Source: Bifidobacterium breve
Lineage (GTDB): Bacteria > Actinomycetota > Actinomycetes > S36-B12
DNA length: 38,651 bases
NCBI GenBank assembly: GCA_945885645.1
Contig: CAMCYV010000001.1
Coordinates: 1-38,651, forward strand
Reading direction: 5' to 3'
Shown: piece after piece, positions 25,121-34,697 of the stretch
How the letters are laid out: every line of letters starts with the position of its first letter
Position numbering within the stretch: position 1 is the first letter of the stretch
Notes under the pieces: model-generated
Databases searched by the model: none
Told to the model about the DNA's origin: nothing
Seen by the model: only the letters and a program-made list of their open reading frames with translations
Program-made: the position numbers and the translations under genes

Positions 25121-25834
25121 TCAGTTTGTCCGGATGCCGTCATGCAGGTGCTGGCTCTCATTGATTGAATGCACTCGACGAATATCTCCCTTAATCCACA
25201 CCCGGCTCAGTGAACAGTGTGATGGCAAGAAGAACATGTCTTCTTCGATCCCCAAGATCTCACTAATGACTGCATTGATGACACCGCCGTGGCTCACCAA
25301 AACAATGTGCTGTCCTTCGTAGTCTGCAATCAATTTTTTAATGGCTCCCATGACGCGGGCACGAAACTCTGCTGAACCTTCACCAAAAAACATGTGGTCC
25401 CACATGACTTGGCGATAAAAGGCCTGCTCGCGTGCGGCCCATTCCTCGGGGTCAACCAAAGTCTGCGGGTTAACCCCTGGTTCGAGCTCGCGGTAAGACG
25501 CGATCTCAACAAACTCAGGACGCACTTCTGGTGTGAGCCCGAGCGGAAACGCAATGATCTCCGCTGTTTCCTTTGCCCGATGCATTGAGCTACACACGAC
25601 AACATCAACTTCCTGCTCGGTCAGCACACCTGCAAGTGCAGCTGCCTGAACCCGACCAAGATCACTCAACATTGGGTCATCCCACGCGGTGTGGTCAAAC
25701 TCTTCTTCGGTTGGGAACACCTGCTGGGCATGGCGAACCAACGTCAGTCGGGTAACACCATCTTCGAGCAGGAGAAACGGGATCCGAACAGAAAACGGTG
25801 GCTCAGGTGACAGCGGAGGAAGAACTATCTTCAT
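25121..25834 (-). CDS. Histidine phosphatase (phosphoglycerate mutase-like) family protein
   Basis: LTLVRHAQQ (RH motif), CSSMHRAKETA and VLVSHGGVINA are present. The start overlaps the stop of the upstream swivel-His gene (ATGA at 25831-25834). Confidence 0.75.
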   Translation of the reverse strand: MKIVLPPLSPEPPFSVRIPFLLLEDGVTRLTLVRHAQQVFPTEEEFDHTAWDDPMLSDLGRVQAAALAGVLTEQEVDVVVCSSMHRAKETAEIIAFPLGLTPEVRPEFVEIASYRELEPGVNPQTLVDPEEWAAREQAFYRQVMWDHMFFGEGSAEFRARVMGAIKKLIADYEGQHIVLVSHGGVINAVISEILGIEEDMFFLPSHCSLSRVWIKGDIRRVHSINESQHLHDGIRTN

Positions 25835-27567
25835 ACAGACTCAATCACCTTCACGGTGCCGGTGGATCCATCGAGTTCAACGAGCGTGCCACTCGGCAGT
25901 GATGTACTCGCACCCGCCAATGAGACAACACAGGGGACTCCTAGTTCTCGGCTGACAATCACCGCGTGGCTGGCTTGGGCACCGATTTCACAGATCACCG
26001 CACTGGCGATCATGAAAAGTGGAACCCACGAAGGGTCGGTGGTTGTGCAGACAAGAATTTCACCGGGCTCCAATGAGTCAGCGTCGGCGAGGTCCAAGAT
26101 CACCCGGGTGCGAGCCGTCACTGCACCTTGTGAACCGGGAATGCCTTTCATCTGCGTTCCCGCCGCGGCTCCGACACCCTCGGCGAACCGGCGGCGCTTG
26201 GGCCACTCACTAATCGGTGGAATTGGACGATCGCGGATCACCAAATAGGGCGGCTCAAGTTCAGCGAGTGTCAACCATTGCGCGTGCCGTGCTGCCGTTA
26301 TTTCAGTGAAGGATGCTGGATCTGCGATGAATGAATCCAATTCACTTTCCAGTATTTGGAATACATGCATTGGGTCCGCAAGGAGACCGCGCTCGTGCAT
26401 CCGACGGCCCAGTTCGCGGAAAGCGAGTTTGGGCTCCTGCATCAACATAACGGTGGCATTTTTGCCGGCTTCACGTAGTCGATATGCGATTTGACCCGAG
26501 GAAATCCCCGCAGCCAGTAAGCCTGCTGTTGCTTCGTCACCAGCAACAGCTGCGGTAAGTTCTTCGACTGCAGCTTGACGGCGTTTGGCTGATTCGCCAG
26601 CCCGCAGTGTTGGGGACATTGCGTCCTCCTGTCGGCGGACGCGGTCAATCATTTGGTAGGCGAGCGTCGGGTTGATCAGCCACGTCTGAGCACTGATTTC
26701 CCATTCGTTTACACCGCGATGACCGAACATGCTGATCAATTCATCAAATTCTGAATTGAACTTAGCCGCGGTCGGTTCAGCGGCAAGGCGTTCGGCGAGA
26801 CCGTCCATGCCAGCGTCGAAGGCAGCTGTTAGTTCTGCTGATCCGCGAACCAGACGGGAGAGATCCCAGACCCGCTCGGGCATTCCCGCTGAGGCGACGT
26901 CACCTAATGCGCCAAAGATTTGAATTGCTAATTCGGATTTACCGACCGCATCAGCGATCCCTTGCACAATTTGCGGCCCCACCGTTGCTCCAATAACAAC
27001 CTGTGCGTAAGCATCCCAACCTGGACGCTGCCACCGGGCCGAGGTGCGTCCGTACTCGACAAGAGCTGCATCCGAAATGGTTGCAAGGTCTGGTCGACTG
27101 GCACGCCACTTCGCGGCATCCGCCAAATATTTCGCGGCCAGCGCTTCCTGGGCCCCACCCAGAATTGCGCCGAAGGATTCACCCAACTTCGCCGAGCATG
27201 CTTCATTGTCATCACGCGGATCGTGAACATACGGTGGAACAGTCGAGTTTTGGCCGAAGAAAGAAATATCAATTGCATCAGGGGTCGCGCCTGGCATGCG
27301 ATGACCGAACACTCGACCGAGTGAAACCTGGTTGTAGAAATAGCCGCCCCATGATCCATATGTTTCTGGTTGCGTCCACAAAAACTCATCGGGTTCAAAA
27401 GTGCCGAGGGCGATCCAGGCATCGGCTGTACCCGGCGCCATCCCTTGTTCCCATGTCAGCGTCCAGTTCAACGGTGTGAATGGCTCCGGGCCGACTTCGT
27501 CGGCATTGGCGCGCGTGTAAATAGGGAAACGCTCGCTGGGCTCAGTGTCAGCTATCCACGTTTTCAT
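25831..27567 (-). CDS. PEP-utilizing swivel-His domain protein lacking an ATP-grasp domain, paralog 2
   Basis: C-terminal AVTARTRVIL..EPGEILVCTTTDPSWVPLFM..GAQASHAVIVSRELGVPCVV (His codon 25966-25968). N-terminus is MKTWIADTEPSERFPIYTR. ATG has GGAGGA upstream. Confidence 0.8.
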   Translation of the reverse strand: MKTWIADTEPSERFPIYTRANADEVGPEPFTPLNWTLTWEQGMAPGTADAWIALGTFEPDEFLWTQPETYGSWGGYFYNQVSLGRVFGHRMPGATPDAIDISFFGQNSTVPPYVHDPRDDNEACSAKLGESFGAILGGAQEALAAKYLADAAKWRASRPDLATISDAALVEYGRTSARWQRPGWDAYAQVVIGATVGPQIVQGIADAVGKSELAIQIFGALGDVASAGMPERVWDLSRLVRGSAELTAAFDAGMDGLAERLAAEPTAAKFNSEFDELISMFGHRGVNEWEISAQTWLINPTLAYQMIDRVRRQEDAMSPTLRAGESAKRRQAAVEELTAAVAGDEATAGLLAAGISSGQIAYRLREAGKNATVMLMQEPKLAFRELGRRMHERGLLADPMHVFQILESELDSFIADPASFTEITAARHAQWLTLAELEPPYLVIRDRPIPPISEWPKRRRFAEGVGAAAGTQMKGIPGSQGAVTARTRVILDLADADSLEPGEILVCTTTDPSWVPLFMIASAVICEIGAQASHAVIVSRELGVPCVVSLAGASTSLPSGTLVELDGSTGTVKVIESV

Positions 27568-27614
27568 CGTTCCTCCAAAAAATTAAGCAATGAATAAAAC
27601 AGGTTCAATCACGT

Positions 27615-28064
27615 TCAGGATGCACCAGAGATGACCTCGCGGTCACCCTCTTTCCACAGCCGATCCAACCGGCGGTAATCGATCCGCCAACCTTCGGGGG
27701 TGCGAACAACTCGGTCGGCGTACTCGCCTCCCAAAGCGTAGTGCTTCACCGGGCCGGGTGTTGATTCCCTGATGTGCTGGGAAATGAGATACGTCTTCAC
27801 TTCGGCCTGGTCACCGTCGAGCTCAATGAGACTTTTACCAATCAGGTGCTGGGTTGAGTCCAATCCGGTCAGGGTGCCTTCAATCATTGCTCGGATCTGC
27901 GGGGCACCGGTTGGGCAGCCAAGGCTTCCCCCGTCAAAAATGGCATCGGGGGTAAACAGGGTCTCGAGCGTGTCAAAGTCCTTGGAGTCAATTGCCCGCG
28001 CATAACGAACAAGCAGTTCCTCAATCTCAATTCGATCTACTATTTGCGCAAGGTTCATGGTCAT
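27615..28064 (-). CDS. NTF2/SnoaL-like family protein
   Basis: IEIEELLVRYARAIDSKDFDTLETLFTPDAIFD is typical of SnoaL_4-type NTF2 folds. The start is ambiguous (ATG 28064 or 28058, or GTG 28091). Confidence 0.6.
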   Translation of the reverse strand: MTMNLAQIVDRIEIEELLVRYARAIDSKDFDTLETLFTPDAIFDGGSLGCPTGAPQIRAMIEGTLTGLDSTQHLIGKSLIELDGDQAEVKTYLISQHIRESTPGPVKHYALGGEYADRVVRTPEGWRIDYRRLDRLWKEGDREVISGAS

Positions 28065-28098
28065 AATGAGGAAAATAGACCGTGGCTTCACTTAATGC

Positions 28099-28110
28099 AA
28101 GGACTTCCAA
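28099..28110. promoter_or_regulatory. Operator-like site AAGGACTTCCAA followed by TAAAGT
   Basis: Lies in the divergent region between the NTF2/swivel-His/Rieske string and the PPOX/SDR/esterase string. Confidence 0.3.
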
Positions 28111-28159
28111 TAAAGTCCGCTCAAGGCGATTAACAATTTCTGCGATCAAGGAGTATTCC

Positions 28160-28687
28160 ATGTCCGAAAAGGCAAAGAACTGGGAGGACGTTAAGTCCTA
28201 TTCCCTCGATGAGGCAGACGAACAAGAAATGTTCGATGCTCAAATTGAATGCACCTTGATCTGGGCCGGTAAAGAAGGGTGGCCCATGGGAGTGATCGTT
28301 AATTACATTCACCGTGATGGCCGCTTCTGGTTGACCGCAAGCGAAGAGCGTCCACGCGTTAACTCGATCCGCAAAGACCCACGAGTCAGCATCGCCATCA
28401 CTTCAAAAGGTTCGCGTGTCATCGAGCGTCGCTCACTGACCTACAAGTGCAACGCGATCGTTCATACGGATCGCGAAACTCTCGACTGGGTACTTCCCGA
28501 GTTTGCAAACGCCATGCGTCCGGGTGAACCAGAAAAGGCCGAAGCTTTCCGCGAGATGCTCGACTCCCCCGGCCGCGTTGTCTTTGAACTGATTCCAGAA
28601 ACTCGGATTGGATTCGATAGCGCCAAGATGTGGAAAGCCTCCGAGGCCGCACGTCCGAGTGATTCACCCTCCGCACCCACTCACTAA
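28160..28687 (+). CDS. Pyridoxamine 5'-phosphate oxidase (PPOX)-fold flavin/F420-binding family protein
   Basis: ATG has a perfect AAGGAG 6 nt upstream. GWPMGVIVNYIHRDGRFWLTASEERPRVNSIRKDPRVSIAI fits the split-barrel PPOX pattern. The tracked start at 28082 has no RBS. Confidence 0.65.
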   Translation: MSEKAKNWEDVKSYSLDEADEQEMFDAQIECTLIWAGKEGWPMGVIVNYIHRDGRFWLTASEERPRVNSIRKDPRVSIAITSKGSRVIERRSLTYKCNAIVHTDRETLDWVLPEFANAMRPGEPEKAEAFREMLDSPGRVVFELIPETRIGFDSAKMWKASEAARPSDSPSAPTH

Positions 28688-28711
28688 CACCCACTTGCTG
28701 AAAGGAACACC

Positions 28712-29464
28712 ATGCGCTTTGAAAAAAAGGTCCTGTTTGTCACCGGAGGCTCAAGCGGTATCGGTCGCGCTACCGCCGAGCGGGTTGTAGCAGAGGGTGG
28801 GCGTGCCGCACTGGTTGATCTCGACCTCGCGAAGGCTCAGGCTGTCGCCGCAGAAATCGGTGGCGGCTGTATCGGTCTGGAAGCGAATGTTGCTGACGAA
28901 GCACAGGTCAAAGCCGCCGTCGAAGCAACAGTTGCAGCACTCGGTGGAATTGACCTCGTGCTTGCAGCTGCCGGCCATGCAGAGTTCGGTCCACTCGCAG
29001 AGTGGGACATAGCTCGCTTTAACAAAATGATGGAAGTTCACGTTGGTGGCACTTTCAATGTGTGCAAGTACACGACTCCTGTTATGAAAGCACGGGGCGG
29101 CGGCTCAATCGTAACAATCGCATCTGTTGCTGCATTCAAGGCCAACAACAACAATGTTCCCTACGGCGCGGCCAAAGCAGCAATCGCTGGCCTTACTCGT
29201 CAGTTCACCCTGGAAGCACTCCCGGAAGTTCGCATCAACTGCATTGCACCCGGTCGCACGATCACTGGGATGACTACTCCACTCATGTTGGCCCGCGGTG
29301 GCGACATGGAAAAAGGTGAAGAGGTATTTGGCGCGGCGGTTCCCATGAAGCGCATGGCCAGGGCCAATGAGCTGGCAGCCGTAATTTGCTTCTTCCTCAG
29401 CGAGGAAGCTTCCTTCATCACGGGACAGACCCTGCTCGTGGATGGTGGAGAAACTCTCGCATAA
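28712..29464 (+). CDS. SDR family oxidoreductase
   Basis: TGGSSGIGRATA cofactor motif, NNVPYGAAKAA catalytic YxxxK, and C-terminal ITGQTLLVDGG. Confidence 0.9.
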   Translation: MRFEKKVLFVTGGSSGIGRATAERVVAEGGRAALVDLDLAKAQAVAAEIGGGCIGLEANVADEAQVKAAVEATVAALGGIDLVLAAAGHAEFGPLAEWDIARFNKMMEVHVGGTFNVCKYTTPVMKARGGGSIVTIASVAAFKANNNNVPYGAAKAAIAGLTRQFTLEALPEVRINCIAPGRTITGMTTPLMLARGGDMEKGEEVFGAAVPMKRMARANELAAVICFFLSEEASFITGQTLLVDGGETLA

Positions 29465-29553
29465 CGAGAATTCCACGCCAAATTCTCAGAATTCATGCAA
29501 TACTCCGCTCACTAAATTAACAGAGTTGAATTCACAAGGCCACCGGAGGAATC

Positions 29554-30513
29554 ATGCCGCAGCACGAAAACATTGACCCACAATCCTTGGAACCATTGGT
29601 GGCGCTCTACTCGGCGCTTCCCGGCGGTTTCAATGCCATTCCCGACATCAATGCGCGCCGAGCAACACTTAACGGCATGTTAGAAGCGATGACTGCGGAT
29701 TTGCCACCCAATGAAAATGTGCTCCTCGAAGACCGGGTCATTCCTGGGCCCGCAGGTAACCCCGACCTCATGGTGCGGATCTACCGTCCAGCTAAGTCAA
29801 GTGGCCCACTGCCAGGCATCCTGTTTATACATGGTGGCGGAATGGTGATGGGCACCCTGGACACGGATCACCTCACCGCGGTCATGCTGTGCGAAACAAT
29901 CGGAGCGCTCATCGTTTCCGTTGACTACCGGCTTGCACCCGAACACCCAGCACCGGCTGCGATCGAAGACTGCTATGCCGCCCTTCAATGGATGACCTCC
30001 AACGCCGCTGAACTTGGCTACGGCCCTGTGGATCGGCTAGCCATTTATGGCGGAAGCGCCGGTGGTGGCCTGACAATCGCCACGGCGCTCGTATCCCGCG
30101 ACCGTGGTGGACCCTCAATTGGTTTCTTGATGGCTCCATATCCGATGATCGACGACCGCAATGTAACGGACTCGAGTCAGGCAATCCTCGATATCGGTAT
30201 CTGGGATCGCTCGGGCAATATCGAAGCCTGGGAGTGGTACCTCGGCGGCAAATCTGCTGACCAATACTCGGCCCCCACCCGGGCTAGTGACCTGACGGGA
30301 CTACCACCAACATTTATTGATGTCGGCGACCAAGACATGTTCATGGATGAAGACCTGGAATTCGCGGGCCGGCTAAAAGATGCACAAGTACCGGTTGAAC
30401 TACATGTTTACCCCGGCGCCTATCACGCATCGGAAGTCTTCGCGCCAACAGCTGAACTCAGTCAGCGAATCTGGGCCGCGCGCATTGCTGCATTGCAAAC
30501 CGCTCTGGCCTAA
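29554..30513 (+). CDS. Alpha/beta hydrolase, HSL-type esterase/lipase family
   Basis: Oxyanion HGGGM, nucleophile elbow GGSAGG, and late DxD / YPGAYHAS. GGAGGA RBS. Confidence 0.85.
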   Translation: MPQHENIDPQSLEPLVALYSALPGGFNAIPDINARRATLNGMLEAMTADLPPNENVLLEDRVIPGPAGNPDLMVRIYRPAKSSGPLPGILFIHGGGMVMGTLDTDHLTAVMLCETIGALIVSVDYRLAPEHPAPAAIEDCYAALQWMTSNAAELGYGPVDRLAIYGGSAGGGLTIATALVSRDRGGPSIGFLMAPYPMIDDRNVTDSSQAILDIGIWDRSGNIEAWEWYLGGKSADQYSAPTRASDLTGLPPTFIDVGDQDMFMDEDLEFAGRLKDAQVPVELHVYPGAYHASEVFAPTAELSQRIWAARIAALQTALA

Positions 30514-30558
30514 CTCCTTTGCGGCAGTGACCTGAAAGTGCACGTAAATGGTTGCGAT

Positions 30559-31308
30559 TTAGTCGAGGATGGTTTCGCGCAAGCGGTTGATATCGCTTGC
30601 GTCTAAACCTTTTGCGCGAGCCCATTCCTCTGCACTGCCGTAGTTACTCGTCATGCGTGCCAGGAATTCGCGCATGGTGTCCGGCTCGGAGGCGAAGATC
30701 CAATCGGGAGCCCCGGCCAAGCCGTTGTCTTTGAATACTTGGGCGGAGCGAATTCGCTCGATAATCGGGGCCATGTTGGTGGTGGTGACGTGATAGTCAG
30801 CAACAATATTTTCGTGCGAGACTCCGAGAATGTCGAGAAGCATCGCAATGACAACCCCAGTGCGGTCCTTTCCTGCTGTGCAGTGAACAACAAGTGGTCG
30901 GTTCTGCGGATCTGCCATTAAACGTAGAGCCTCAATTATTGATGGTGCGTTGATTTCAATCTGACGCAGATAGTCGTCAACCAAATTGTCTGCGCCGCCT
31001 GCTTCGATTTGCTCTGGGGTGATACCCGACTGGGGGATCATCGGCAGGTGCACCATACGTGCAGATTCGTGCCCGATCACATAACCCTCATGGGTCACCT
31101 CGAGCGCCATCCGTAAATCAACTACGAGCGCCGGAGCAATTTCTTCTGACAAATCCAACTGGCCCTGCTCGGTCATTCCTTTCGGGTTATCACTGCGAAT
31201 CACTTGACGCGACCGAATCAGTCGACCGTCTTGTACCTGTAGTCCACCAAGATCACGAACATTAACCAGGCCATCTATTCGTAGTTCTTCAGCCCGAGAC
31301 TCACTCAT
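30559..31308 (-). CDS. Cys-based (CX5R) tyrosine/dual-specificity phosphatase family protein
   Basis: Active-site loop VHCTAGKDRTG. The start overlaps the upstream stop (ATGA at 31305-31308). Confidence 0.8.
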   Translation of the reverse strand: MSESRAEELRIDGLVNVRDLGGLQVQDGRLIRSRQVIRSDNPKGMTEQGQLDLSEEIAPALVVDLRMALEVTHEGYVIGHESARMVHLPMIPQSGITPEQIEAGGADNLVDDYLRQIEINAPSIIEALRLMADPQNRPLVVHCTAGKDRTGVVIAMLLDILGVSHENIVADYHVTTTNMAPIIERIRSAQVFKDNGLAGAPDWIFASEPDTMREFLARMTSNYGSAEEWARAKGLDASDINRLRETILD

Positions 31309-32120
31309 GCCTCTACACCTGCAACTCGGTGAGCCGATGCCAACATTTCGCGGGCCAAGGCAACGGGATCACCCGGATCGGATTGACCTTTTAAGGGTGA
31401 CTCAACGGTAAGGATTGTTTCTGAGGGGAGCGCGGCGATGAACTCTCGAACCGGGAGATCACCTTGATCGGGCATCAGACGCCCGTGTACGCCTTCACCG
31501 CGTGCGGTTTCCGCATCAAGCGCCGCACCTGCCCCCGGAGCGCTACAGATCTGGGCGTACGCAAAAAGTTCTGGTGGGTACAAACGCAGATCACTCGGGT
31601 GTCCGCCGGAGCGCTCCAAATGCAATGAGTCAGCGAGTACAACAACGTTGGGTGCACCACACTGCGTAACAATCTGGACGCACGTCGCAAGATCTTTCGC
31701 TGCCGAAAACAACATGAATTCAACCGCGATTGACGTCCCGTGTTCGGCTGCCAATTCGGCGATCTGCGCGAGTGTTTCCACCCTGCGTACGGGATCTTCG
31801 TCTTCCACCGTGGCGATTACATACCGGGCCCCCAGCGCCTGGGCTGCCTCCAAAAGCGGGCGGGCCCCCACGACGGCGGACGGGTCGGTCATGCGGATTA
31901 CTTCAACGTCAAGAATGTTGATGCCTTCACTGTCAACTGCGCGAGCCAACGCTTCAAGCGCACGGTCATTACCTAAAACGGCGTGGTCGATACCGGTTGA
32001 AGGGCTGGGTGTCAGCCGAAAACCGGTGAAGTCAAAACCTGCTTCGGCGGCAACGGCTGCAAGTCGTGCAGGTGGAACAGTCATCATGGAAAGATGCGCG
32101 AGTCCGAAAGCCCGCGACAA
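31305..32120 (-). CDS. Sugar phosphate isomerase/epimerase (xylose isomerase-like TIM barrel) family protein
   Basis: FGLAHLS...AAEAGFDFTGFRL, EF..F and the layout are typical of this family. Start is uncertain: TTG 32120 (1 nt after the upstream stop) is preferred. The tracked GTG 32177 would overlap the LLM gene by 56 nt, and ATG 32087 would remove conserved N-terminal residues. Confidence 0.6.
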   Translation of the reverse strand: MSRAFGLAHLSMMTVPPARLAAVAAEAGFDFTGFRLTPSPSTGIDHAVLGNDRALEALARAVDSEGINILDVEVIRMTDPSAVVGARPLLEAAQALGARYVIATVEDEDPVRRVETLAQIAELAAEHGTSIAVEFMLFSAAKDLATCVQIVTQCGAPNVVVLADSLHLERSGGHPSDLRLYPPELFAYAQICSAPGAGAALDAETARGEGVHGRLMPDQGDLPVREFIAALPSETILTVESPLKGQSDPGDPVALAREMLASAHRVAGVEA

Positions 32121-32121
32121 T

Positions 32122-33096
32122 TTACGTACCCGCCAATCGCTCGACGATCGGCAGATACGCATCCAAGTGTGCATCACCTACGGTGATGTATGAGAAGCCG
32201 TACTCCTCACGTCGACGTTCTAACTCCTCGCATATTTCTTCGACACTGCCAACAGCCGCATGTGGGAAACGTTTTAGTTCAGCTAATTCCAAACCTGTTC
32301 GAGCCACGACCGACTCTGCTGTGATCTCTGAACGACCTTGAACCGAGATGAAGTAGGTGGCTGCTTCCAATTCAAGGTCGTCAAAACGCTCACCCGCACC
32401 CGCTTTAATCCACTCAATTTTTTTGCGCGTTTCATCTTCTGTTGAGGACGAAATACTTCCCGCTCCCACAGTTCCGCTGCTGTTATTGAAATTGACACTG
32501 ACAATGTCAGCGAGTTCACCGGCTAAGCCCAAAACTTTGGGTGCACCACCACCGATCATCAATGGTGGCCACGGACGCTGGATCGGTTGTGGTACCGCAC
32601 GGTAACCGAATGACTCGATAAATTCACCGTGGTAGTCGACTTCACCTTCGTCGGCGTATGCCATGCGCATGAACTCTGCAGTTTCACGTAGTAATTGAAT
32701 GCGCCGGCCCGCGGATTCCCATGGAATCCCGAGGGCTTCGTACTCATTAACCAACCAGCCTGCGCCCAGCCCGATTTCAAGTCGACCTTCGGAGAGAACG
32801 TCAATTGAAGCCATTTCCTTAGTTAGGACGGTGGGTAGGTGATAACTCACGCACGCCATTCGGGAACCGATTCGAAGTGTGGTCGTGGCCATTGCAGCAG
32901 CTGTCATTGCTGGGATGATTGCAAGGGTTTGAACCCGGTGCCCCGTTCCTTCAATTTTGCTTCCAGGGCCCAGTAGGTGGTCGGCGACGTGCAGGGTGGA
33001 GTACCCGCTGTCTTCGACCTTGCGAGCAAGGTCAACCCATTCCTTCAATGAAGTCGAACTAAAAGCCTGAATTGCAAACCGAAATGGGCGTTTCAT
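32122..33096 (-). CDS. LLM-class (luciferase-like) F420-dependent oxidoreductase
   Basis: N-terminal FRFAIQAF...WVDLARKVEDSGYSTLHVADHL and the overall LLM layout. The start overlaps the upstream SDR stop (ATGA). Confidence 0.75.
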   Translation of the reverse strand: MKRPFRFAIQAFSSTSLKEWVDLARKVEDSGYSTLHVADHLLGPGSKIEGTGHRVQTLAIIPAMTAAAMATTTLRIGSRMACVSYHLPTVLTKEMASIDVLSEGRLEIGLGAGWLVNEYEALGIPWESAGRRIQLLRETAEFMRMAYADEGEVDYHGEFIESFGYRAVPQPIQRPWPPLMIGGGAPKVLGLAGELADIVSVNFNNSSGTVGAGSISSSTEDETRKKIEWIKAGAGERFDDLELEAATYFISVQGRSEITAESVVARTGLELAELKRFPHAAVGSVEEICEELERRREEYGFSYITVGDAHLDAYLPIVERLAGT

Positions 33097-33851
33097 GAAC
33101 GTGCCTTTCGTGCGGAGCGGAAGAAGGATCCGTGCGCGGCTGTAAACCCACCGTCAACAAAAAGTGTTTGCCCGGTAATCCACGATGCCTGTTCGGAACA
33201 GAGAAAACTGACTGCATTAGCGATGTCCTGCGACTCGCCCATCCGACTAATGGGAAGCACTCCAGCAATTGATGCCTGCGCCTTTTCATCACCGTAATGG
33301 CCAGCGGTCCCTTCGGTGAGCACGGTTCCAGGTCCGACCGCATTACAGCGCACACCCCAAGGAGCAAACTCCAAGGCCATGGCTTCGGTGAGTTGGTTCA
33401 CCGCAGCCTTTGACGCCGGATACAGAGATGTACCGGTTGCGTGAGCCCTCGATGTAATTGACGAAAGATTGATGACCACTCCACCGCCATTCGTCGCCAT
33501 TATTGGGACGAGCGCCTGAGCCATGAGGACCGGTCCAATCACATTGACGTCAAGGATGGCGCGCATTTCCTCATGTGTTGTGTGTAAAAGATCTTGGTAA
33601 CGCTGGATTGCAGCGTTGTTGACAAGCACCCGGCAATTCGGGGCCAACGCCGCGACCGTCGCCACCGCTTCGCTGTCGCAGACGTCCACGATCGCAGTGC
33701 GAACACCGAGTGACTCACGCACATCAGTGAGTGGACCTTCTGCAACGTCTAATGCAAGGACGTCATAACCGTCGGTGACAAGTCGCTCAACAATCGCCCG
33801 ACCGATACCTTGACCCGCTCCAGTTACGACCGCGGTTCCCTTGTTACTCAT
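33093..33851 (-). CDS. SDR family oxidoreductase
   Basis: TGAGQGIGRAI, NNAA, YPASKAA and ITGQTLFVDGG. The start overlaps the upstream stop (ATGA). Confidence 0.9.
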   Translation of the reverse strand: MSNKGTAVVTGAGQGIGRAIVERLVTDGYDVLALDVAEGPLTDVRESLGVRTAIVDVCDSEAVATVAALAPNCRVLVNNAAIQRYQDLLHTTHEEMRAILDVNVIGPVLMAQALVPIMATNGGGVVINLSSITSRAHATGTSLYPASKAAVNQLTEAMALEFAPWGVRCNAVGPGTVLTEGTAGHYGDEKAQASIAGVLPISRMGESQDIANAVSFLCSEQASWITGQTLFVDGGFTAAHGSFFRSARKARS

Positions 33852-34684
33852 CCACTCTCCTCATCGGTTTCACCGTGCACCGCCCACGCTACACATCGTC
33901 GTAAGATCTCGCGGTATTGCACAGATTCCCATGCGACCCGGTCCACTGTTCCGGTGTCAGCAATCCCAAGGTCAGTAACGTCAAATCGCCCGCGGCAGTG
34001 GCCGAGGGTGAAATACACAACTTCGCCCTTTCCTTCCGCGCGAGTAAACAACACCGGGTGTCGCGTGCGTGAGCCGGAGTGCGAAACCTCGAAGCCGGGG
34101 CATTCCCCCGTGAACTCAGTGTCAAGGATGACTTCGAGATCCTCGCGCACATCCAACACGTACAACTCGTCGGTGGTCACAAAGGATGAAACTCCTGCTA
34201 CAAGCGGGTGCTCGGGTTGTACAACATCAACGCGCCAAGGTGAAATTTTTGGGTGCGCAAGGAATCGATTGCCAAGCAATGCACTGAACTCGGGCATCGC
34301 GTCGGGGGTGCGAAACACTTTTGGTCCGCCTGCAACAGGTGGGTCAAGCGCCGAGTTTGTTGCGTGTAGTGCGAGGAAGCGCATTCCACCGCGGACCGCT
34401 TGCGTCAGGGCTAGCGATTCTTCCTGTGTAGGCCGGACATCACATGTGTACGCAACAACTGCATCTGCTTGTCCAAGTACGTCAATATCGGAGTAGTCGG
34501 AATGCACCGAGCATCGAATTGAATCGTATTCGCCAAGCAATGTAAGTAATTCGAGCCGGGCATAGTCAACGTCGTGCCATCGCCCACCGACAACGAGCGC
34601 AACCTTGACTGGCAGTACTGAATTGACTTGGGGGGTGGCGCAGTGCATCACATGTGGCATGCGATTGACCACCCCCTTCGTCAC
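33848..34684 (-). CDS. ThuA-like domain protein (second copy)
   Basis: VKVALVVGGRWHD... and the overall length and shape resemble the ThuA/GATase1-like fold and the ORF at 13162-14010. The start codon is uncertain (GTG 34684, ATG 34660). Confidence 0.5.
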   Translation of the reverse strand: MTKGVVNRMPHVMHCATPQVNSVLPVKVALVVGGRWHDVDYARLELLTLLGEYDSIRCSVHSDYSDIDVLGQADAVVAYTCDVRPTQEESLALTQAVRGGMRFLALHATNSALDPPVAGGPKVFRTPDAMPEFSALLGNRFLAHPKISPWRVDVVQPEHPLVAGVSSFVTTDELYVLDVREDLEVILDTEFTGECPGFEVSHSGSRTRHPVLFTRAEGKGEVVYFTLGHCRGRFDVTDLGIADTGTVDRVAWESVQYREILRRCVAWAVHGETDEESG

Positions 34685-34697
34685 CGACGAATTGTTA

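Noticed and set aside
29466-29487. GAGAATT-N8-AATTCTC hairpin and three GAATTC sites after the SDR stop
   Set aside because: The stem is 7 bp and AT-rich with no U-tract. It is too weak to call a terminator, and the next gene is 66 nt away and probably co-transcribed.
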